A DNA stretch of 64,000 nucleotides from Planctomycetota bacterium (GCA_965223845.1 CBDCXR010000004.1:3200001-3264000); one strand, 5' to 3'; shown: positions 1 to 9,647, numbered from the stretch's first letter. Numbers and translations are program-made. Notes: generated by a model from the sequence alone, not told the origin.

Positions 1-683
1 ACCATGACGTTCGACGGCTTGAGATCTCGGTGGACGACGCCTTCGCGGTGCGCGTGGTGAAGTCCGTCCGCAACCTCGGCGAACGCCTTCGCGACGCGGA
101 CGTAGTAGGACTGATCCTTCTCGAGGGGCGAGAACACCCCGCCGGCGACCGACGAATCCTTCGACCGTGTACCGGCGATGATCTCCGCGAGCGATTTTCC
201 CGCGATGAACTCCATCGCGTAGTACGGAGTATCGGACTCAACGCCGAGCGAATGGACGCCGACGATCGCTTCGTGACGGAGCCGACCGGCCGTCTGCGCT
301 TCGCGCATGAAGCGAAGGAACGCGGTTCGATCCGCCGCGACTCCGGTCGGAAGAATCTTCAGCGCGACCCGGCGATCCATCGACTCCTGGTGGGCCTCGT
401 ACACGACGCCCATGCCGCCGCGACCGAGCTCGCGCACGAGGCGAAAGTCCCCGAGGCGTCGAAGCTGCATCGGCTCCGGCCGGCCGAGACGGACGAAATT
501 CTCGAGCCGATCGACGACCTCGTGTCCGATCCCCGGATGTGCGGTCAGGACCGCGAGTGGATCGAGCTCTTCACCCGCGATCAGGCGATCGATCCATTCG
601 CCGACCGCGTCCTCGATCGCTCGCTCGGAAGCGTCGTCGTCGAGCTCTGAACGGACCGCGTCGCCGAAGTCACGATCCGCCAT
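1..683 (-). CDS. Hanks-type Ser/Thr protein kinase (N-terminal part; runs off window edge)
   Basis: Manual translation from ATG 683 (SD GGAGGAGG): MADRDFGD...LGDFRLVRELGRGGMGVVYEA...RRVALKIL...VVHRDLKPSNVM. Absent from the ORF track because it is truncated. Confidence 0.95.
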   Translation of the reverse strand, partial: MADRDFGDAVRSELDDDASERAIEDAVGEWIDRLIAGEELDPLAVLTAHPGIGHEVVDRLENFVRLGRPEPMQLRRLGDFRLVRELGRGGMGVVYEAHQESMDRRVALKILPTGVAADRTAFLRFMREAQTAGRLRHEAIVGVHSLGVESDTPYYAMEFIAGKSLAEIIAGTRSKDSSVAGGVFSPLEKDQSYYVRVAKAFAEVADGLHHAHREGVVHRDLKPSNVM

Positions 684-1296
684 CGCCACCTCCTCCGTGG
701 GGAAACGGCGAGACGAGTCGAAGGCTTCCGGTCGAGTCGCCGTAGTGGCGACGGAGCTCGCGAAGCGCCCGGGCGAGTAGCTTCTTCACCGCGTTCGGCG
801 TGCGGTTCATCCGCGCCGCGACCTCGGCGATGGGGAGGCCATCGATGCGCGTGAGCGTCGCAACCTCGCGGTGATCGCCGGAAAGATCCGCGAGCGCGCG
901 CTCGAGTCGCTTGCGCCGCTCCTTCCGCGCTGCGCGCGTCCCGGGTGTTGTGCGTCTGTCCGCGACGGGTTCGAGCACGAGCGTGACGCGCTTCTTCTGA
1001 CTCACCTTCCAGATCACGTGCTCGGCGATGCGGGCGAGCCACCGGAAGAATCGCTCCTCCCCCGACCAGACGAAGCTCTCGACGGCCGAACAAGCCTTGA
1101 GGAGGGTTTCCTGGACGACATCGTCACCCTCGATCGACTCGCGCACGCGCGGTCCGAGACGCCCTTCCACGTGACGCCGAAGGCGCGGAAGCTGCGTCTC
1201 GATGAGCGCCTCGAGCGCGCCGGGGTCTCCAGCGACGGCCCGCGCGGCGAGATCCTCGATGGGAGCTTGATCCACGGTGATCCGGTCCGTAGGCAC
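670..1296 (-). CDS. ECF sigma-70 factor, planctomycete kinase-associated type
   Basis: Sigma2 (DDVVQETLLKA...FFRWLARIAEH) and sigma4 (LSGDHREVATLTRIDGLPIAEVAARMNRTPNAVKKLLARAL). Start moved from ORF 1506 to GTG 1296 after GAAGGA. Overlaps the kinase start by 14 nt. Confidence 0.92.
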   Translation of the reverse strand: MPTDRITVDQAPIEDLAARAVAGDPGALEALIETQLPRLRRHVEGRLGPRVRESIEGDDVVQETLLKACSAVESFVWSGEERFFRWLARIAEHVIWKVSQKKRVTLVLEPVADRRTTPGTRAARKERRKRLERALADLSGDHREVATLTRIDGLPIAEVAARMNRTPNAVKKLLARALRELRRHYGDSTGSLRLVSPFPHGGGGDGGS

Positions 1297-1682
1297 GACA
1301 CCAATCCTTCGTCGCCCCGGGGGACGCCCAGCTCCGGGGATGTTCGACGATCGAAGCACCCGTTCCAAGATAGACATGGACGGCGCCTGCGGCCAGGGTG
1401 GTGCGGGCGTGACAAAAAAAAGTGAGGCGGAGCCGCCGCTGAATGACACGGGGCGGTCCGCCTCACACGTGAGGGTCAGTAGGAGGCGGAGCGGGCCCTG
1501 TCGCACTAGGGCGCCTGCTTCCGCGGACTAGAGTCGTCTCGACGCGCTGAGGTGCCGCGAAATCTTCGCGGATGGGTACCGAACGCGACGCGTACGGAAA
1601 ACGCGAGACCGACCGGCTCGTCCGCGGGAGCGATCACCTCCCGCATTGGGGTCGTCGAGTCGAAGAACCCCGAAAACCGAGC

Positions 1683-3248
1683 TCAGGGCCGAGTCCGTTC
1701 GGCCTTTTTGATCGCCTCGAGTCTCGCGAGGAGACTCTTGAGCCGATCCGGCTCATCTCGCGCGAGGTTCCGCGTCTCTCCGGGATCGTCCGCGAGGTTG
1801 TAGAGCTCGTGCTTGCCCGCGGCTTTTTCGTAGGTGAGCGCCTTGATCGGCTTCTCGTTCGCGTACGAGAGCACCTTCCAGTCGCCGACCCGGAGCGCGA
1901 GTGTCGGTCCACGATTCGGCTGCTGGACGAGATGATCGCGGCCCTTCGCGCCCGCCTTCCCGAGAAGGGCGCGCGAGAGGTCGAAGCTATCGGGGAACGC
2001 GGTCTTCGGGATCGATTCGCCCGCGAGAGCGGCGACCGTCGCGGGGAGGTCGACCGTGCATACGATTTCCTTCGAGACACCGGAGGCGATCGTCCCCGGC
2101 CAGCACGCGATGAAGGGCGTTCGCGTCCCGCCTTCGTAGATGCTGTACTTCCCTCCGCGGTAGAGTCCCGCGGGTCGGTGCGCACCGAGCTTCTCCTTCG
2201 CGCCGTCCTTGTAACCGTCGTCGAGGACGGGGCCGTTGTCGCTGCAGAAGACGATGAGCGTCTTCTTCGTGAGGCCGAGCCGCTCCACGGTCTTCACGAT
2301 CTCGCCGACGCACCAATCGAGCTGGGCAATCGCGTCGCCGCGGAAGCCGAGCTTCGTCGCGCCATGGAAGCGCTCGTGCGGCATCCGCGGGACGTGGAGG
2401 TCGTGCGACGAGAAGAAGAGAAAGAACGGCTTCTCGCGATTCGCCTCCATCCACTTCACCGACTGCTTCACCCATTCGTCGGCGAGGTCTTCGTCACGCC
2501 AGCGCGCGGACTTGCCGCCCGTGAAGAATCCGATGCGCCCGATCCCGTTGTGCACGGTCTGGTTGTGGCCGTGGCTCCAGTCCATTTTGAGCGTCTTCCG
2601 CACTTCCGGGTCTTTCCCCACCGGGTGGTCGGGTCCCGGGCGCTTCCGGCCGACCCAGAGCGGATCGGCGGGATCGAGCCCGCGTACGCGGTGATTCTCG
2701 ACGTAGACGCTCGGCACGCGGTCGTTCGTCGTCGGGAGAAGGAAGCAGTAGTCGAAGCCGATTTCGATCGGACCGGGCTTGAGCAGCCCGTTCCAATCGG
2801 GCGCCGGTTTCGCACCGAGGCCGAGGTGCCACTTGCCGACGACGGCCGTCGCGTATCCCGCTTTCTTGAGAATCGACGCGATCGTCTCCGTGCCGGGCTC
2901 GATGAGTAGCGTCGCGTTCGGCGGCGCGATCCCGGCGCCCTTTTGGCGAAACGCGTACTTTCCCGTGAGAAACGAGAAACGCGTAGGCGTGCACGTCGAC
3001 GCCGAGCAGTATCCCTGGGAAAAGCGGAGACCACGCTCGGCGAGCCCGTCGATGTGCGGCGTCTCGAGCTCGGTCGCGCCGTAGCAGCTCACGTCGCCGT
3101 AGCCGAGGTCGTCGGCCATGATCACGATGATGTTCGGGCGAGTTTCCGCGGTCGCCGCGAACGAAACGAAGAGCGAAACGAGGAGTGCGAAAGAGATCAG
3201 CGCGGCGGTCGAGCCGGGTCGCCGGACGGAAGAAGGGGACGTGTGCAT
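1683..3248 (-). CDS. arylsulfatase family protein (secreted)
   Basis: Signal peptide; RPNIIVIMADDLGYGD; CTPTR formylglycine motif; GKWHLG; SDNG; YEGGTRTP; LYNLADDPGE. Confidence 0.95.
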   Translation of the reverse strand: MHTSPSSVRRPGSTAALISFALLVSLFVSFAATAETRPNIIVIMADDLGYGDVSCYGATELETPHIDGLAERGLRFSQGYCSASTCTPTRFSFLTGKYAFRQKGAGIAPPNATLLIEPGTETIASILKKAGYATAVVGKWHLGLGAKPAPDWNGLLKPGPIEIGFDYCFLLPTTNDRVPSVYVENHRVRGLDPADPLWVGRKRPGPDHPVGKDPEVRKTLKMDWSHGHNQTVHNGIGRIGFFTGGKSARWRDEDLADEWVKQSVKWMEANREKPFFLFFSSHDLHVPRMPHERFHGATKLGFRGDAIAQLDWCVGEIVKTVERLGLTKKTLIVFCSDNGPVLDDGYKDGAKEKLGAHRPAGLYRGGKYSIYEGGTRTPFIACWPGTIASGVSKEIVCTVDLPATVAALAGESIPKTAFPDSFDLSRALLGKAGAKGRDHLVQQPNRGPTLALRVGDWKVLSYANEKPIKALTYEKAAGKHELYNLADDPGETRNLARDEPDRLKSLLARLEAIKKAERTRP

Positions 3249-3311
3249 GTTGGACTCCGAGCAGCGGAAAGAGAATCGCGATGGCTCGCGCGGTAAGCAC
3301 GGAGCTCGCGC

Positions 3312-3317
3312 ATTCTA
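3312..3317 (-). promoter_or_regulatory. candidate sigma70 -10 element (TAGAAT)
   Basis: TAGAAT ~65 nt upstream of the sulfatase ATG. The same hexamer lies upstream of genes starting at 8532 and 31255. Confidence 0.3.
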
Positions 3318-3349
3318 TCTCAGCTCGGACCGATCGCCATGAGTCGTCG

Positions 3350-6300
3350 TCATTCCTTTGGCACGGACAGAACGACCGCTTCTTCTTCGCCCGAACGCAC
3401 CACCAGGTCCCGCAAGAGATCCTCACGAACGCCGGGCAGCCGGTAGCGGAGTCGATAGGAACCCGGCGGGATGCCTCCGAAGCGAAACGTCCGGTCTTCG
3501 TTGACCGTGGCGGTGACACGGTGGAAGGCTTCCCCGGCCGTTTCGAGAATCACGCGTCGACCGGGCGTGAACGCGCCGGCGTCGATCGTTCCGCTCACTC
3601 GGCCGTGCTTCGTCGCGAGCGAGTTCAGATCGAGCTCGGCATCGACGGTCGCCCCCTCCGAAACATCCGCGAACACGATCCCCGCGGCCGATCGATCGAG
3701 TTCGAGCACGATGCGGAAGCGACCGGCCGGCAGGCCTTCGAATTCCATGGCGCCGGGCTGAGCGCTTCGCGACGCGCGGAACGGTACGCCGGAGCTTCCA
3801 AATCCGTCGAGCTGGAGGACGGAGATCGAACGTCGAGTGGAGACCGCGCCGTGATCGGCGACTCGAACCCGCAGGCGAGCTTCGTGACGAAGCGCGAGCT
3901 CGAGCCGCGCTCCGGACGTCACATCGCCGACGACGCGAGTGCCGAACTCGCTCCTCCACGCCGCGACACCGTACGACTCACCCGGTGTGAACGAGTCGAA
4001 GAGGAATCGACCGCCGGCGTCGGTCCGCACGAACCAGCTCGGCCCTTCGACGAGCGCCCGTTCCGAAAGGAGATGCGCTCCGAATCCGCCGCGAAAGAGA
4101 CGCACCGCAACATCCGCCAGCGGCTCTCCGGTCGCCGCGTCGGTGACGCGTCCCTCGATCGGTACCACCTTCTCCAGCCAGACGTTCACGCCCTCGATCC
4201 ACCCCTTCGATTCCACGTGAAGCCGATCGGTCCGCGCCGGTGCAAACCCCGGCGCTCGCACTTCGATCACGCACGCGCCGGGAGGGACCTCCCCAAACGA
4301 AAACTCACCGCTCTCGGAGTGCACCGGCTTCCATACGCCCGTCTCGCCCGCCGGAACGACGCGATACGAGACCGCGCGCAGTTCGAAACTAGCGACGGGA
4401 TCACCGCTCGCGGTGGCGACGACACGCCCGCGCACGCCACCGAAGCGCTCGAGGACGAAGTCGACTCCGGTCGCGTCGAGCTCGACGCCACGGAGATCGC
4501 CGCGCGCGAATCCCGGGCGGTCGGCGATGAGGTCGAACTTGGCTCCCTGACCGAGGTTCTGGAGCCGGTAGGTTCCGTCGGCGTTCGTGCGGGCTCGCTC
4601 GTGCACGCCCGACCCGTCCCTCGAAAAGGCGCGAACCTCCGCGCCCGCGATCGGCGCCCCGGAGGCGTCGACGACTCGACCCGAGAGTGAACCTTCCTGG
4701 AGACGGCGGAGGACAAACTCGAGTCCGATCGCGTCTCCCGAGACGGGAACGACGAACGATTGCTGCGTCGAAGTGTGGTATCGATTCGTACGCGGGTAGA
4801 CGACGAACGTTCCCGGTGCGAATCCGCTCACGCGAAAGGTGCCGTCCTCCGAGGTTTGTGCCTCGGGCATTCCGAAACGCGATGTCGTGCGAGCGAATCG
4901 GCGAGCGAACTGAAGGGGAAGCCCTCCGATCGCTCGACCGCGATCGTCGACGAATTTCCCCGCGACCTGGCGTCCAGGGGCGAGACGGACGTCCACTCGC
5001 GGTGTCGCAACGCCGCGACGAAGGGACCGAGCCTCGCTCGCTCCCGGCGCGTAGCCGGGAGCCGAGGCGATCGCGATGTAGGTCTCGCCGAAGCGGAGTC
5101 CACGGTACCGAAACTCGCCCGCAGCGTCGGTCGATTCCTCCCAAGTCTCGTACGACGACGACAGCGTGTCCGCCTCGCGGTCGTAGACGTAAGAAGAAGC
5201 GGACGCGACGACACGCACCGTCGCTCCGGGCACGCCGTTCCCGTCGGGATCCGACACCCGACCGGTGATCGTCCCACCGCGCTCGAGATCGATCTCGACG
5301 ATCTTCTCCGCTTCCCCATCCGCTACGCGCACGGGGTCGAGACGCGTCGTCCGAAAGTAGCCGGGCGCGACGTACGCCATGCCGCCGAGTGGAAACGCAA
5401 ACTCGTAGACGCCGGCGGGGAGGTCGATGAAGACGTACTCTTCGTCGCTCCGAATCGGTCGACGCACGAGGACGTCGAGTCCGACCAGCGCAAGTCTCTC
5501 GGCGATGCCGTCGTGGTCGAAGGCTCGACCCTCGAGGCGAAACTCAAGATCCGCGACCGGAGTCTGCGATTCTCCTTCTACGACTCGACAACGAAGACGC
5601 GCGAGCGGTCGAAGTCGAATCGTTACGGTGCTCCGTCCGGACTCGGAATCCGCTCGAATCTCCGCCGCGAGGCCGATCCCGAAGTCCCGGTGGTACGCGG
5701 TGACGGTCGAGTCGATCGTAAGGTTCTCCGGCCATGCGAATTCGCCAGTCGGTCCGGATCGCAACATTCGCCGAGTGTCTCCGAGCGAGAGAGCGACGAC
5801 TGCGTCGGGCACGGGACGACTGAGTTCATCCACGACACGCCCCGTGATCGTGTCGGCGGCGTTGTTCGGCGTCGCCGTTCGACTCTGGCCGCCCGAAGAG
5901 GCGCCTTCTACCGCACTCGTGTCTTCGATTTCCGTTCGTTCGGAAACGATCTCGTCGCCGCCCGGCGTCCACCGTTCAGCTCCCATCCAGATTCCGCCGA
6001 GCAGCGCGAGAACGAGAACGCCGAACCAGAGCTTCTTCATCGCAATCCATCCTCCGACAAGAACCGCTGGGGTCTCTACGACGGTGACTCCCGAGACGGC
6101 GAGCTTTCCGAGCGTCGCGTGGAGAGCAGGCGAAGCGGCCGCTCGCGCCTCGCCGGTGAGTGCCGCCCCGAGCGCGAGCGCGCTGATGACCACCCCGCGC
6201 TTCCGCAGGCCATCGCGAAGCCGATCGAGCCCACGCCCCACACGACGGTGGACAGCGGATCGAGTCAAGCCGATCGAATCCGCGATCGACTGCTGACTCT

Positions 6301-6718
6301 GTCCTTCGAGAAAGTGGCGGACGATGACGACCCGGAGATCCTCGGGGAGCGCCGCGATCTCCTCGTCGATCGAGCTTTCGATTTCCGCCCAACTGGCCGG
6401 CTCTCGGTCCGCGGCCATCTTGACGTACGTCCGCTCACGAATCCGCCGGCGCGATTCCGTACGGACGCGATCGAGCGCAGCGCGCGTCGCGACCGTATGG
6501 AGCCAAGCCGCGAGAGACCGCGGTTTCTCGAACTTGCGCCCGGCCAGCCTGAGAAAGCACTCCTGGGCGAGATCCTCCGCAAGCGCGGAATCACGGACGA
6601 TCCGGCGACACGTCGCGTACACCATGTCGGTGTGGCGCGCGAGGATCTCTCGAAACGCCTCGGCATCGCGACGGGCAAACCAGCGTTCGAGGAGGGTTGC
6701 GTCCGGAGGACTCGTCAT
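3350..6718 (-). CDS. membrane-tethered ECF sigma factor fused to carboxypeptidase-regulatory-like beta-sandwich repeats
   Basis: Sigma2 (LAEDLAQECFLRL...LAAWLHTVATR) and sigma4 (LPEDLRVVIVRHFLEGQS), Ala-rich linker, TM (KKLWFGVLVLALLGGIWM), repeated GRVxDxxGxPxxGAxV...GxF modules. SD TAAGGAG. Confidence 0.93.
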   Translation of the reverse strand: MTSPPDATLLERWFARRDAEAFREILARHTDMVYATCRRIVRDSALAEDLAQECFLRLAGRKFEKPRSLAAWLHTVATRAALDRVRTESRRRIRERTYVKMAADREPASWAEIESSIDEEIAALPEDLRVVIVRHFLEGQSQQSIADSIGLTRSAVHRRVGRGLDRLRDGLRKRGVVISALALGAALTGEARAAASPALHATLGKLAVSGVTVVETPAVLVGGWIAMKKLWFGVLVLALLGGIWMGAERWTPGGDEIVSERTEIEDTSAVEGASSGGQSRTATPNNAADTITGRVVDELSRPVPDAVVALSLGDTRRMLRSGPTGEFAWPENLTIDSTVTAYHRDFGIGLAAEIRADSESGRSTVTIRLRPLARLRCRVVEGESQTPVADLEFRLEGRAFDHDGIAERLALVGLDVLVRRPIRSDEEYVFIDLPAGVYEFAFPLGGMAYVAPGYFRTTRLDPVRVADGEAEKIVEIDLERGGTITGRVSDPDGNGVPGATVRVVASASSYVYDREADTLSSSYETWEESTDAAGEFRYRGLRFGETYIAIASAPGYAPGASEARSLRRGVATPRVDVRLAPGRQVAGKFVDDRGRAIGGLPLQFARRFARTTSRFGMPEAQTSEDGTFRVSGFAPGTFVVYPRTNRYHTSTQQSFVVPVSGDAIGLEFVLRRLQEGSLSGRVVDASGAPIAGAEVRAFSRDGSGVHERARTNADGTYRLQNLGQGAKFDLIADRPGFARGDLRGVELDATGVDFVLERFGGVRGRVVATASGDPVASFELRAVSYRVVPAGETGVWKPVHSESGEFSFGEVPPGACVIEVRAPGFAPARTDRLHVESKGWIEGVNVWLEKVVPIEGRVTDAATGEPLADVAVRLFRGGFGAHLLSERALVEGPSWFVRTDAGGRFLFDSFTPGESYGVAAWRSEFGTRVVGDVTSGARLELALRHEARLRVRVADHGAVSTRRSISVLQLDGFGSSGVPFRASRSAQPGAMEFEGLPAGRFRIVLELDRSAAGIVFADVSEGATVDAELDLNSLATKHGRVSGTIDAGAFTPGRRVILETAGEAFHRVTATVNEDRTFRFGGIPPGSYRLRYRLPGVREDLLRDLVVRSGEEEAVVLSVPKE
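6038..6055 (-). promoter_or_regulatory. internal in-frame ribosome-binding site and ATG within ECF fusion gene
   Basis: Minus strand GGAGGA-tggattgcg-ATGAAGAAG; ATG at 6040 is codon 227. Confidence 0.6.
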
Positions 6719-7128
6719 CGGACTCCTTAGCGATGGTCGAATCGGTGGGCGCCGATCCCCGAAGCCGCACGGAGCAGCCTCGCTTGTCTGCCCCTACTTT
6801 GGAAGACGCCGACCACCCGCCGATGTTGAGTCCGGTTTCGTCGAGAATGCTGGGGGAGGGTCGAAGGAGATTCGGGTGCAAGACCTTCTCGAAAGCTCTT
6901 TCTTCTCCTCGTGGTCGTCGGTACGGGCGTCATGCCCGCCGCCGGTGCCCGCGAATAGAATCGGCGCTGGGCTCGATTCGCGGAATTCGCGGCGCGTTGG
7001 CGCGAAGCTCTACAGGCGCTCGAAGCGCCGTAGCCTCAACCGGGAGCCGGACCTCGGCATACACTGCATCTATGCGATCTATGCGTCGGGCAGAGTTCGC
7101 GTGGTCTCGGGATCGGCTCCGTTAAGAG

Positions 7129-8532
7129 TTACCGAGGACTCGCCTCGAATCTCGCCCCCGCGAGCTTCCGCGCGAGTTTGAATCCCTTTTGCCACGGGCC
7201 ACGGAGCTCGGTCGCTCCGTAGTACTCGGCGTCTCCCAGCATCAGGAGCGGATCATCGGCGAGTCGCTTCTCCGAGTCGACGAACGCCTTGAGGAGATAC
7301 CGGCCGCGCGCGAGGGTCGACTCCTCCGGATCCCAGGTCTCCGCCTCTCCTGCCGCCGGCGAGCGGAGGAGGAAGAGCGCGCCCGCGACGCGGCGCCTCG
7401 GTGTCACCGTCCCCTGCGTGAACGCGATCGGCTCTTCGTGCCAGCGGTCCGCCGCCTCGCTCCAGCGATAGAGGAAAAACTGGACGCGCGTGAAGCTCTC
7501 CCACGCTTCCGGGGTGTCCCGGACGATCACGACGTGCTTCGACGGATACCAATTGTCCGCTGGGAGATCGTCGACGGACGCGTACTCGTCTCGGGCGACG
7601 CGCGCATAGTCGCGAAGCCACGCGACCCACGCTTTGTACGACTGGTCGTCGCCGTGCATCTTGATCCCTCCCATGTGGGAGACGGGCTCGAGGTACGACG
7701 GCGGATCCCTTCCGGTATCGGTCTTCTTCGGAAGGCGCGCCGTCGGCTTCAGGATGAGGAGACTCTTCAGCGGATCCTCGATGTTGATGAGCGGGAGCCG
7801 ACCGGGAGGCGTCGTTCGGCTGTCCTCGATCAGGTAGCGAAGGGTCTCCTCCGGAGTCTCGCGGAAGATCTTGAGGCGCGAGGCGACCGCTTCGCCGAAC
7901 TCCGCGGCGAACTCCTTTGCCCGCTCGATGGGACGCTGATGCTTCGGGTTCGAGGGGTCGAGCTCATGAGGCGTGTGGCAGGGAAAGCAGCGCATCCGCT
8001 GCGACCAAACGTTCCGGACGAAGGAGTCGACGACGCGACTCTTGCGCGCGTGACGGATCACGGCATCCGGGCGGTCGGGGCGCGCGAGGTCGGAGTCACC
8101 CGCAGCCGGCAGTTTGCGGAGCTTCGCGTCGGCGCAACACGCCTTGATCCACGCGGCGAAAGCCTCGTACTCCGCTTTTCGAGTCTTCTCGTGAATGAGC
8201 CGCACGCCCTCGTCCTTGTCCTTCTCGCCCATCTGGATGAGCGTGAGGATCTTCGAGCGCTCGGGGCGCTCGAGATCAACGAGCCCTTGATCGCGGAGCG
8301 ACGCGAACGTCTTCTCTTGGGACGGGAGGATGTAGTCCTTCAGATCGACGGATGCGAGGTGGCACTGAATGCAGCTCGACGGCTTCTCCGACTTGAAGAT
8401 CGGGAGGATCCTTTCCTCGAAGAGCTCGAGCGGCGTCGGCGCGGCGGCGTCGTCTCCCGCCTGGACCAGCCCGGAGATGAGCGGAGCGACGAGCGCGGCG
8501 ACGACGAGCGGTCTCGAAGCGACAGAAACCAT
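7129..8532 (-). CDS. secreted putative diheme c-type cytochrome of unknown function
   Basis: Signal peptide (...LVQA); two CxxCH motifs (CIQCH, CFPCH); FEERILPIF start resembles planctomycete cytochrome c domains; SD GAGGTG. Confidence 0.75.
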   Translation of the reverse strand: MVSVASRPLVVAALVAPLISGLVQAGDDAAAPTPLELFEERILPIFKSEKPSSCIQCHLASVDLKDYILPSQEKTFASLRDQGLVDLERPERSKILTLIQMGEKDKDEGVRLIHEKTRKAEYEAFAAWIKACCADAKLRKLPAAGDSDLARPDRPDAVIRHARKSRVVDSFVRNVWSQRMRCFPCHTPHELDPSNPKHQRPIERAKEFAAEFGEAVASRLKIFRETPEETLRYLIEDSRTTPPGRLPLINIEDPLKSLLILKPTARLPKKTDTGRDPPSYLEPVSHMGGIKMHGDDQSYKAWVAWLRDYARVARDEYASVDDLPADNWYPSKHVVIVRDTPEAWESFTRVQFFLYRWSEAADRWHEEPIAFTQGTVTPRRRVAGALFLLRSPAAGEAETWDPEESTLARGRYLLKAFVDSEKRLADDPLLMLGDAEYYGATELRGPWQKGFKLARKLAGARFEASPR

Positions 8533-8729
8533 TGGTTCACCTCGGTCCGGCGGCCTGGGGTCAGAGTCCCACGAATCGTATTCGGCGAACTGATTCTATC
8601 CCACGCGAGACGTTCGGCCGTGCGGGAAAGTCCTGCGGCCACCGCGAGATAGCACGCGGACGGTATCCCTGCGATCATCGAATGCTCTGAATCGTCGAGC
8701 GCATCTTCTCGGCGCAAGGATTGGAGATC

Positions 8730-9479
8730 ATGACGCGCGAATCGCCTCCCGCCCCTCATCGTGCCCGCACCGTCGTCCTCGCCCTGGGCGTCAGCTTGGC
8801 CGCGGTCGTCATTCTCGGAATCGTCTTCTCACCCGAGTTGCTGACGGCCTACTACCTGCGGAAGCTCCGCCGCGATGACGCGTTCCTCCTCGAGGCCGTC
8901 GTCGCCGAAGCGGATAGCCTACGCTTCGCGGCTGTCCGAAAGTTCGTTCGCGGCGACGCCGGAAAGCGCGCGGTGTATCAACATCTTCTCGGGGAAGTGG
9001 AGCGCGTGCTCAACGCGCAGCTCGGATCAGCGCGAACCGGCGGCGGGCGCGTACGCTACGTCGTCCGCCTCACGGACGCCGGCGGCTGGAACACTCAGCA
9101 GACGCGCGCGACCGTCGGTGTCGAGTGGTTCGCCCCCCGCGTCGTGCGCGGCCGAATCCTTGTCCGCCGGGACGACCGCGGTCTTCGACACGTCGGCGTT
9201 TCGGTGCGCGTCGAGGGTGAATGGGGAGACCGGGCGGAAGTTGCTCAGCTCGACGAGGCGTCGCCGCTCGCGGCGCTTTGTGGACTTCTCGGGGACGAAG
9301 CGTTTGCGGACGCGTCTTCCCTAGAACTTCCCGGTTGCGATGGGTTCGTATTCTCGACGCCTCCCGACACGCACGATCTGCCGAACATCTCGAGTCTTTC
9401 GCTCACCGTCGATCCGCGCTCGACGCGTGTGTTGACGTGGCTGCGGGAGAACGAAGCGCGGTCGAGTGACGGGAACTGA
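8730..9479 (+). CDS. hypothetical N-terminally membrane-anchored protein
   Basis: ATG 8730 after AAGGA/GGAG; hydrophobic helix VVLALGVSLAAVVILGIVFS; resembles the N-terminus of 45158-45985. Confidence 0.75.
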   Translation: MTRESPPAPHRARTVVLALGVSLAAVVILGIVFSPELLTAYYLRKLRRDDAFLLEAVVAEADSLRFAAVRKFVRGDAGKRAVYQHLLGEVERVLNAQLGSARTGGGRVRYVVRLTDAGGWNTQQTRATVGVEWFAPRVVRGRILVRRDDRGLRHVGVSVRVEGEWGDRAEVAQLDEASPLAALCGLLGDEAFADASSLELPGCDGFVFSTPPDTHDLPNISSLSLTVDPRSTRVLTWLRENEARSSDGN

Positions 9480-9612
9480 GGTCGCACGGTTGACGTCATG
9501 GACCGCGATCCGTTCCCGGACTCGTTCCCGTTCGGTCGATGACCGGATAGCGCTCGACGGTGAGCTTCCGGCCGGCGCGGAACGACTGCCGAACGAGAGG
9601 AGAAGAAGGAGA

Positions 9613-9647
9613 ATGAAGTTTGTCGGGAACGGGAACGGGAACGGGAA
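9613..9647 (+). repeat. dispersed intergenic element, copy 1, with (GGGAAC)3GGGAA
   Basis: ATGAAGTTTGTCGGGAACGGGAACGGGAACGGGAA in a purine-rich tract; near-identical cores at 16374 and 24023. Confidence 0.8.

Noticed and set aside
30-650. 206-aa plus-strand ORF
   Set aside because: Antisense shadow of the Ser/Thr kinase on the minus strand.
3185-6730. Long antisense ORFs (e.g. 3185-4690, 4760-6730, 11784-13493, 13836-15566, 26411-27895)
   Set aside because: Expected mirror frames in high-GC coding DNA; the opposite strand has clear family motifs.
7069-7086. ATCTATGCG tandem direct repeat
   Set aside because: Only two 9-nt copies with no other support; could be chance.
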